The notes under the pieces were generated by a model. The model was not told where the DNA came from. It worked only from the letters and a program-made list of their open reading frames with translations, and made no database searches. From assembly GCA_029936815.1 (NCBI GenBank), contig JAPYRX010000004.1:20423-84422 (forward strand): a stretch of 64,000 nt of DNA, written 5' to 3'. Source of the DNA: Dehalococcoidia bacterium. Its GTDB lineage: Bacteria; Chloroflexota; Dehalococcoidia; Lucifugimonadales; GCA-002694895. Shown piece by piece: positions 56,873 to 64,000 of the stretch. Each line of letters opens with the position of its first letter. Position 1 is the first letter of the stretch. The position numbers and the translations under genes were made by a program.

Positions 56873-58507
56873 TTAAACTTTATATACTGATCCGCCACCT
56901 CTAGGATCACTACCACCGTCTAAAGTGTTATTTTCAGGATTATATGAAACAACTTGCGCTCTAGCCATCATAGGATTATAAGGATAATCTTCTTGTACTA
57001 CATCAAAACCCAAATCAATTAGTTTATCTTTAAAATCAGTTCTGATTCTAGATTCCAAATAAACTTTTCCACTTTCTGTATGTATTCTTGGAGCAGATAC
57101 TGCCTCAGTTGGGCTCATGTCATAGTTAATCATATTTAATAACGATTGAAATACTGCACTCACTATTACAGCGCCTCCTGGTGCACCACATATAATGACC
57201 GGGTTACCTTCTTTTAAAACAATAGTGGGTACCATATTTGATCCTCTGGCTTTTCCTGGAGCTATAGAATTCAAATTTCCTGGTCTAGGATCGGCTAAAT
57301 TCATGCCATTATTATAAATAAAACCTAACCCAGGTGTAATCACACCTGACGCCCAACCCAAAGTATGTGTGATTCCAATCCAGTTACCTTCAGTGTCTAC
57401 TGAATTCACATGTGTTGTATGGCCAGATGATGAATTACCAATTTCAGGTATGATATTATTTCTAATGTCATTAATTTTATTATTAATACGATCCTCATTT
57501 AACACAATTTCATCTACTGGAATATCAACAAATTTAGGATCAGCATTATAATCTAATCTGTCTTGGTGTGATATTGACATAACATTTGCAATAATCTTTA
57601 AATATTCATAAGAAGAATGATTTTTGATTTCGGTTTGAAAAGGTTCAATCAATTTAAACATTTGTAAAACAGACATACCAGTATTTGGTGGAGGAGGAGA
57701 AGAAATTTGATAATTCAAATAATTTGTTATTAATGGATCTACAAAATCAGGTTTAGAATTTTTCAAATCATCTTGTGTTACAAATCCACCATTTTTTTGA
57801 ATATCATTGATAATAATTTTAGACAAATCACCTTCGTAGAATTCTTTCGCGCCGTTTTTTGCAATTATTTCTAGAGTATCTGCGTAATCTTTCATATTAA
57901 TTATTTCACCAGTATCATAAACTGATCCATCAGATTTTAGGTATTTTTCTTTACAACCATCAGATGCAGAAATTCTTTGATAAGTATTCGGCTGAAGTGG
58001 ATTAATATTAGACCTTAATGCGTATCCAGTTTTGAAATATTCACCCAAACGGGAATCTACAGTTAATCCTTTTTTGGCATGTTCTATACTTGGTTGAATT
58101 AATTCAGCCCAAGGCATACTACAATATCTTTTATGAATTTCATTAAATGCAGACAAAGTATTTGGAGTCATTATTGATTTATAACCAATCTCACTTCTGT
58201 AATCATCAAATTGAAATAGATTTGATACATCACTTCTTGTCACTTTATCATTAGCCCACATTTCTTCTGTACATTTACTACCAGCGGTACCAGCAAAATT
58301 AATTGCAATAGTTTTATTTAATTTTTTATCATAAATTTGAGCTATGCCCATTCCTCCTAATCCAGTCATAAAAGGATCTACAATCCATTGCATAAATGCT
58401 ACTGCCAACGCTGCATCAAACGCATTTCCACCCTCTTCGAATATTCTTGCCCCAGCTTCTCCGGCAATTGTTTGAGGGCAGGTGATAATACCTTTGTTGA
58501 CAGACAT
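56873..58507 (-). CDS. ggt: Gamma-glutamyltransferase-family Ntn hydrolase, no signal peptide (paralog 2)
   Basis: TIAGEAGARIFEEGGNAFDAALAVAFMQ...TGLGGMG is present, with the autoprocessing nucleophile region SSGHTTHVNSVD, plus PGGAVI and a C-terminal DPRGGGS. Confidence 0.85.
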   Translation of the reverse strand: MSVNKGIITCPQTIAGEAGARIFEEGGNAFDAALAVAFMQWIVDPFMTGLGGMGIAQIYDKKLNKTIAINFAGTAGSKCTEEMWANDKVTRSDVSNLFQFDDYRSEIGYKSIMTPNTLSAFNEIHKRYCSMPWAELIQPSIEHAKKGLTVDSRLGEYFKTGYALRSNINPLQPNTYQRISASDGCKEKYLKSDGSVYDTGEIINMKDYADTLEIIAKNGAKEFYEGDLSKIIINDIQKNGGFVTQDDLKNSKPDFVDPLITNYLNYQISSPPPPNTGMSVLQMFKLIEPFQTEIKNHSSYEYLKIIANVMSISHQDRLDYNADPKFVDIPVDEIVLNEDRINNKINDIRNNIIPEIGNSSSGHTTHVNSVDTEGNWIGITHTLGWASGVITPGLGFIYNNGMNLADPRPGNLNSIAPGKARGSNMVPTIVLKEGNPVIICGAPGGAVIVSAVFQSLLNMINYDMSPTEAVSAPRIHTESGKVYLESRIRTDFKDKLIDLGFDVVQEDYPYNPMMARAQVVSYNPENNTLDGGSDPRGGGSVYKV

Positions 58508-58539
58508 ATTGTTACCTCTAAATTTCTAAAAATTGATTA

Positions 58540-60834
58540 TTATAATGTTTTCTCAATTCTATAAACTAAATTTCTTGTTGAATCTATACTGTCAGGACTA
58601 ACTGATACAGATGTAATACCCCATTTGACTAATTTTTCTGTAAGATCGGGGAAAAAAGAAGGAGCTTGCCCGCATATTGAAGATGTTATACCTTGTTTAT
58701 TAGCTGCTGTAATAACTCTTTCTAAAGCCCACAAGATAGATGGGTCACGTTCATCAAAAGATGATTCTAATCTTTCGTTATCTCTGTCGACACCTAAAGT
58801 TAATTCAGTTAAATCGTTTGATCCTATTGAAACTCCAGTTATGCCTTCATTAATAAATTGATTGATTAAAATAACGTTGGAAGGTATTTCAACCATCATC
58901 CAAATCTTATGTCCTTTGGTTGCTGATATTTCATATCGTTCTAGTATATTCAAAACTTGTCTTAATTCATGAGGTGTTCTTACAAATGGGACCATTATAA
59001 TTAGATTGTCATATTTCTTTAAAACATCCTTAATAGCATTAATTTCCATTTCGAAAACCTCAGGATCGTTTATATATCTTATAGCTCCTCTGTATCCCAT
59101 CATAGGATTACTTTCAACATCTTCAAATTGTTCACCGCCTCTCAAGTTTTTGTATTCATTAGTTTTGAAATCAGTTAATCTGTAGACGACAGGTCTATTC
59201 GCAAAACTTTCGCAAAAAATAGAAATATTATCTGATAATTGTTTAGACCATTCATCAGAGGTATTATTTTTAATTGCATGTTTTGGGTGTTCGCCAATGT
59301 TAGCAATGATAAATTCAGCTCTTAATAATCCAATTCCATCTACATTTCTTTGAGATATTTTTGGCGCTGAGATTGGGTCAGCAAGGTTTACATAAACTTT
59401 AGTATTTGTTGAAAATTGTGATTCTTCAACTACAGGTTTTTCAGGGATTTTAATTATACCTTCATACACATGCCCACTGGTTCCATCTATTGTTACTTCA
59501 TCATTTGAAATAATTTCAGTTGTTGCTGATTTCCCACTTTTAGGATCATAAGTTCCAACAACGCATGGTACTCCTAATTCTCTACTTACTATTGCAGCAT
59601 GGCAAGTACGACCACCTTTATCCGTAATAATACCAGAAACCATTCTCATTATCGGAACAAAATCTGGGGTTGTCATTTCGGTAATTAGAACATCACCTTC
59701 TTTAACTTTATCTAAATCATTAAGATCTTTAATTATTATTGCATTACCAGATCCAAATCCTGGGCTAGCGCCTGATCCTTTTATAATCATTGTTGCATTT
59801 GAAATATCAAGGTTAACTTGGTTAGTATCTAAAACTCCTCGTGAATAATTTGTTACAGGTCTACTTTGTAATAGATATATAATTCCATCTTTTACTGCAA
59901 ATTCTATATCCTGAGGATAATCATAGTGTTCTTCAATTAGTAAACCTTGTTCAGTTAATTTTTTCAAATCATTAATATTAAGTTTTGGTCTAATACTTTC
60001 TTCTGGTGTAAGTGGAATATTAATGTTTTGATTTTCAATATCAGTAGGGAATATGCCTTCATTATTGGTTTCCTCATTAAGAGCGATTTTATAAACCTGT
60101 TGGACATTTTTTTGTCTTAATACAGTTTGTGTAGATTTATCAATAACATAATAATCAGGAGTAACTATGCCAGAAACAACAGCTTCTCCAAGGCCAAAAG
60201 CTGCCTCGATTACAATTTTTTCAGCATCAAGTGTGGTTGGTTCTAAAGTAAACATAACGCCACTCACATCTGGTTGAACCATTGTTTGTATGACTACTGA
60301 CATCCCTGAGTCAAAATGAGGAAGATTTTGACTGTTTCTATAAAAAATTGCCCTAGCTTCAAAAACGGAAGCCCAACAGGATTTAACAGCTTCTAGTAAT
60401 GAAGAGAGTCCAATTATATTTAAATACGTATTTTGTTGCCCGGCAAAAGACGCTTCCATTGAATCTTCAGATGTTGCAGAAGATCGAACAGCTACTCTAG
60501 GTGATCCTAATTCTTTGTAAAATGTTGATATATCTTGTATGACTGTAATGTCAATATCGGCTTTATCGATTAAATTTTTGATTTTGATAGAGGTTTTTTG
60601 TAATTCAGATATTCCCATTTGGTCGGAATTTTCTAAAAAATTTAATATTGTATCTTTCATATTTGCATTATTTATAAAATCAAAATATATATTAGTGCTT
60701 AATGCAAAACCTGGTGGAACATTAATTCCAGATTGGATTAATTCACCTAAATTGGCGGCTTTTCCGCCAAATTCAGAAGTGGAATTAGAATTTAAATTAG
60801 AAAGTTTATTAACAAATAGATTATTGGAACTCAT
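58540..60834 (-). CDS. ppsA: Phosphoenolpyruvate synthase (pyruvate, water dikinase)
   Basis: 764 aa. ATP-grasp elements are FGGKAANLGEL and VAVRSSATSEDS. The phosphohistidine domain is GGRTCHAAIVSRELGVPCVVG. The PEP-utilising TIM barrel is GIGLLRAEF and SIGSNDLTE. Confidence 0.9.
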   Translation of the reverse strand: MSSNNLFVNKLSNLNSNSTSEFGGKAANLGELIQSGINVPPGFALSTNIYFDFINNANMKDTILNFLENSDQMGISELQKTSIKIKNLIDKADIDITVIQDISTFYKELGSPRVAVRSSATSEDSMEASFAGQQNTYLNIIGLSSLLEAVKSCWASVFEARAIFYRNSQNLPHFDSGMSVVIQTMVQPDVSGVMFTLEPTTLDAEKIVIEAAFGLGEAVVSGIVTPDYYVIDKSTQTVLRQKNVQQVYKIALNEETNNEGIFPTDIENQNINIPLTPEESIRPKLNINDLKKLTEQGLLIEEHYDYPQDIEFAVKDGIIYLLQSRPVTNYSRGVLDTNQVNLDISNATMIIKGSGASPGFGSGNAIIIKDLNDLDKVKEGDVLITEMTTPDFVPIMRMVSGIITDKGGRTCHAAIVSRELGVPCVVGTYDPKSGKSATTEIISNDEVTIDGTSGHVYEGIIKIPEKPVVEESQFSTNTKVYVNLADPISAPKISQRNVDGIGLLRAEFIIANIGEHPKHAIKNNTSDEWSKQLSDNISIFCESFANRPVVYRLTDFKTNEYKNLRGGEQFEDVESNPMMGYRGAIRYINDPEVFEMEINAIKDVLKKYDNLIIMVPFVRTPHELRQVLNILERYEISATKGHKIWMMVEIPSNVILINQFINEGITGVSIGSNDLTELTLGVDRDNERLESSFDERDPSILWALERVITAANKQGITSSICGQAPSFFPDLTEKLVKWGITSVSVSPDSIDSTRNLVYRIEKTL

Positions 60835-60939
60835 AAAAGAAATTCTATATTAAACATAACTAATCTGTAAAGAATAAAAACTGATTGATGATGTTGATTT
60901 GATACGTTATTATCATATTTATTTATCAATAAATATAAT

Positions 60940-62829
60940 ATGAACATTTATAACGTATCAATACAACAAAATATTAAAATTAAAACTAGAGACGGAATTA
61001 ATTTATATACAGATATTTACTTTCCTTCAGATGATAAATATCAATACATAAAAGATTTGCCAATACTATTAGAAAGAACCCCGTATGATAAAAAAGCATT
61101 AAATTTAACCCAAAGATATAATTATTTTTGCGAAAGAGGTTACATAGTTGTAGCTCAAGATTGCAGAGGTTGTTATGCATCTGAAGGTGAAATATATTTT
61201 CTTACACAAGAAGCAGAAGATGGTTTTGACACATTGCAATGGTTAGAAAATCAAAATTGGTACTCTGATAATATTGGTACATTTGGAACATCTTATCAAG
61301 CATGGACACAGAGTGCTGCTGCAACACAAAACCCGAAATCTTTAAGTGCTATGATCGTTAATATGGGAGGAAGTAATGCTTTCACATCTTCTGTAAGACA
61401 GGGTGGGGCAATGGAATTAAGATTTATTGCTTGGGCATATTGGCATTCCTCTCTCAATACTAATTCAGATTTAAAGGATTTGAATTCAGATTTTGTTTTA
61501 AATAATTTTAGTTTTGAAAAAACATTAAGTAATTGGCCAATCAAAAAAGGATTAACACCATTAAGTTTAGTTCCTAATTATGAACAATGGGCATTCGATA
61601 TATTGACGAATTCTAAATACGATGAATATTGGAAGCACCCAGGATTTGCAATTGATGAATATTATGACGATCATCCTGATATACCTATGATTTATGTTGG
61701 CGGGTGGTATGATTCGTATACAAGAGCAACTATTGAAAATTTTGACAATTTATCTAAATTAAAAAAGTCAGAAGTTAAATTGATGATTGGCCCATGGACT
61801 CATGGAACAGCACAGCCTGAATTAACTTACTCTGGTGATTTAGAATTTGGCCCCGATGCTACGATTGGTAGTTTTAGTGACTTTCATTTGGCTTGGTATG
61901 ATAAATGGTTCAAAAACCAAAAATCTGATAATTATTTATTTGAATCTCCAATTAAAATTTTTGTTATGGGAACAGGAGATGGTTCGAAAACAAAAGATGG
62001 AAGGCTATTTCATGGAGGATATTGGAGAGAGGAAGATACTTGGCCATTAAAAGATACTAAATTTATAAATTATTATTTTTCATCTGATAATCAATTGCTA
62101 GATGAATCAAACAAACAACAATTAATTGATAATTTTTCACTTACTTATATTTATGATCCATCCAATCCAGTTCCTACTATTGGTGCAAACATATCATCAT
62201 TGTCAGGTTTGAAACCAGTCCCAACTACTATCAAATCACCTTCTGATGTTCCTGCTCAAAGTAGAAGATATAATATTGTGGAACCGGGTGGTTTTAATCA
62301 AGTACAAGAAAAACGATTTTATGGAACTAGGGAGCCATACGCACCTTTATCTGCAAGAAACGATATACTTTCATTCCAATCAGAAATTATAAATAATGAC
62401 ACTGAAGTAACCGGCCCTATTACTGTAAATTTGTTTGTTTCTTCCGACTCTCCTGATACTGATTTTACTGCAAAATTAATTGATGTATATCCAGCTTCAA
62501 AGGATTTTCCACAAGGATTTGCATTCAATTTAACTGACGGTATATTGCGAATGAGATTCAGAGAAAGTTTCACTGAAGAAAAATTTATGAATGAAAATGA
62601 AATATATCGAATAGAAGTAGTATTATATCCTACAAGTAATGTATTTAAGAAAGGACACAGAATAAGAGTGGATTTATCCAGTTCGAATTTTCCTAAATTT
62701 GATTATAACCCAAACACTGGTGAACCTATTGGCTTAAATACAACGGAACAAGTGGCCAAAAACACTATCCATTTATCAAATGAATATCAATCTTTTATAA
62801 CATTACCGATTATTAACAGACAAAAATAA
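60940..62829 (+). CDS. CocE/NonD-family (S15, X-Pro dipeptidyl-peptidase-like) hydrolase
   Basis: ERTPYDK is near the N-terminus and the nucleophile region is GTFGTSYQAW. A C-terminal jelly-roll domain is indicated by PIKIFVMG, GPITVNLFVSSDSPDTDFTAKLIDVYP and SSSNFPKFD. Confidence 0.85.
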   Translation: MNIYNVSIQQNIKIKTRDGINLYTDIYFPSDDKYQYIKDLPILLERTPYDKKALNLTQRYNYFCERGYIVVAQDCRGCYASEGEIYFLTQEAEDGFDTLQWLENQNWYSDNIGTFGTSYQAWTQSAAATQNPKSLSAMIVNMGGSNAFTSSVRQGGAMELRFIAWAYWHSSLNTNSDLKDLNSDFVLNNFSFEKTLSNWPIKKGLTPLSLVPNYEQWAFDILTNSKYDEYWKHPGFAIDEYYDDHPDIPMIYVGGWYDSYTRATIENFDNLSKLKKSEVKLMIGPWTHGTAQPELTYSGDLEFGPDATIGSFSDFHLAWYDKWFKNQKSDNYLFESPIKIFVMGTGDGSKTKDGRLFHGGYWREEDTWPLKDTKFINYYFSSDNQLLDESNKQQLIDNFSLTYIYDPSNPVPTIGANISSLSGLKPVPTTIKSPSDVPAQSRRYNIVEPGGFNQVQEKRFYGTREPYAPLSARNDILSFQSEIINNDTEVTGPITVNLFVSSDSPDTDFTAKLIDVYPASKDFPQGFAFNLTDGILRMRFRESFTEEKFMNENEIYRIEVVLYPTSNVFKKGHRIRVDLSSSNFPKFDYNPNTGEPIGLNTTEQVAKNTIHLSNEYQSFITLPIINRQK

Positions 62830-62840
62830 AGGGAATTATT

Positions 62841-64000
62841 ATGCCATATAGATCAAAACCAGAATTAAGTAAAGAAGAAGCAATTGAATTGCATAATTCA
62901 TCTTTAGTAATTGATGCTCAACAACCACCGATAACGTCTGGAGGATTATTTACTGATAATATGAGAAAAGCATTGGATGATTGGTTCAAAGAAGGAGTTA
63001 CAAGAGGTGAAGCCAAGGGTTTGTTATCTAACATGATGGCTGATGAAATCCAAAATAACCAGGATGCAAGAAATGAATATGTAGAACTATGGGAAAAATC
63101 TGGAGTAAATGTTGCCAGTGGAACTTATGCTGGTCCTTCGAAAATCGAAGAAGCATACGAAATATCAGTTAACAGTATATCCAATGCATTAGCAATAATT
63201 AATGCCATACCAGAAAAATTAATGTTAGTTACCAAAGGTGAACATATAAAAGAAACTCATGAAAGTAATAAACATGGAGTTATATTTGATTTTCAAGACA
63301 CTCTATCGTTTGGTACTGATTTGTCAAAAGTTGATTTTTTCTATAATTTAGGACTTAGAGTAGTACAATTAACTTATAATCTAAGGAACTTAGTAGGTGA
63401 TGGGTGTACAGAATATTATCAAAGTGGTTTAACTTACTTTGGAAGAGAATTGGTTTCCAAGCTTAATGAATCAAATATATTAGTTGATGTTAGTCATTGT
63501 AGTGAACAAGTAGGGTGGGATGCTATAGAAACTTCAAAATCACCTGTTGTTATAACTCATTCAGCTAGCTCATCTGTATTTGCACATGATAGAGGTAAAT
63601 CCGATCAATTAGCAAAAGATATTGCAGATAATGGAGGCTTTTTTGGAGTCGTAATAATTCCAGGATTTATTCAAAGTACCAACACTGGAAATCTAGATCA
63701 TTGGGCAGAACATATCGAACATTTAGTAAATGTAATGGGTATTGATCATGTATGTATAGGTACGGATAAAATGGGCCCCGGACCTGGGACTGAATCATTA
63801 TTTGAATATCCTACTGAAATGCTTTTTTATAAAAAATCTGAATTCTCATGGCAAGGTTGGCAAGATAAACATAGGGTGAATGGACCTTCTGCGAAACATA
63901 TTAAATTAGAAGGATATAATGATTTTGCAGATTGGCCTAACTTAACTATTAAATTGGCTGAAAGAGGTTTCAATGATGTTGAAATAAAGAAAATGTTAGG
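62841..64000 (+). CDS. Membrane/renal-type dipeptidase family protein (M19); 3' end runs off the window
   Basis: Absent from the ORF track because it has no stop in the window. Translation from the ATG at 62841 (8 nt after GGGAAT) gives MPYRSKPELSKEEAIELHNSSLVIDAQQPP...VQLTYNLRNLVGDGC...VDVSHCSEQ...VVITHSASS...GFFGVVIIPGFI...HVCIGTDKMG, which is the M19 pattern. Confidence 0.8.
   Translation, partial: MPYRSKPELSKEEAIELHNSSLVIDAQQPPITSGGLFTDNMRKALDDWFKEGVTRGEAKGLLSNMMADEIQNNQDARNEYVELWEKSGVNVASGTYAGPSKIEEAYEISVNSISNALAIINAIPEKLMLVTKGEHIKETHESNKHGVIFDFQDTLSFGTDLSKVDFFYNLGLRVVQLTYNLRNLVGDGCTEYYQSGLTYFGRELVSKLNESNILVDVSHCSEQVGWDAIETSKSPVVITHSASSSVFAHDRGKSDQLAKDIADNGGFFGVVIIPGFIQSTNTGNLDHWAEHIEHLVNVMGIDHVCIGTDKMGPGPGTESLFEYPTEMLFYKKSEFSWQGWQDKHRVNGPSAKHIKLEGYNDFADWPNLTIKLAERGFNDVEIKKML

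Noticed and set aside
1-64000. CRISPR arrays, tRNA or rRNA genes, insertion sequences, prophage or defence islands.
   Set aside because: No gap exceeds about 175 nt. I saw no regularly spaced repeats, no transposase, integrase or recombinase-like ORF, and no G/C-rich cloverleaf-like segment in any gap. A tRNA or CRISPR scanner should confirm this.

Overview
This is a 64-kb window of a visibly AT-rich (not computed), very gene-dense bacterial chromosome. I call about 60 protein-coding genes. Intergenic gaps are mostly under 130 nt and many neighbouring genes overlap by 4-11 nt. I found no rRNA, tRNA, CRISPR array, transposase, integrase or phage gene.

The content is housekeeping plus small-molecule and peptide metabolism:
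- Housekeeping: glyQS, hppA, thiE, rnhB, mnmA, rsfS, csp, ndk, tsaB/tsaE, gpmA, pepP, acs, xth, surE, metH, an OmpR-type two-component pair, and ppsA.
- Metabolism: several dehydrogenase, aldolase, acyl-CoA ligase and MFS clusters. The last third (42.7-64 kb) is dense in peptidases and gamma-glutamyl enzymes: S9, S15 and M19 peptidases, pyroglutamyl peptidase, and two GGT paralogs without signal peptides.

Lineage is inference only. A CGYC mycoredoxin-type glutaredoxin, an alpha2-type GlyRS and a SAM-I/SAM-IV-like leader suggest a streamlined, low-GC marine actinobacterium (Actinomarinales-like).

The most notable observations are:
1. Two ORFs the track splits at 56617 are one thioredoxin-fold gene. 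Its only interruption is a TGA exactly where the first Cys of the CxxC motif belongs, followed by a locally GC-rich hairpin. This makes it a candidate UxxC selenoprotein with a SECIS-like element, or otherwise a very fresh pseudogene.
2. The 155-nt leader of metH carries the CGGCAACC...AAGGUGC core and a P3-loop pseudoknot typical of SAM-I/SAM-IV clan riboswitches.
3. A Zn-alcohol dehydrogenase carries two independent lesions (a 1-nt deletion and an in-frame TAA), so it is a genuine pseudogene in an otherwise compact genome.
4. A 59-aa Trm112-like gene and the truncated carboxyltransferase at the window start are both absent from the ORF track.

I did not find a recognisable defence, toxin-antitoxin or biosynthetic novelty. 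The hunt results are recoding, RNA and gene-neighbourhood observations and need genome-level checks.
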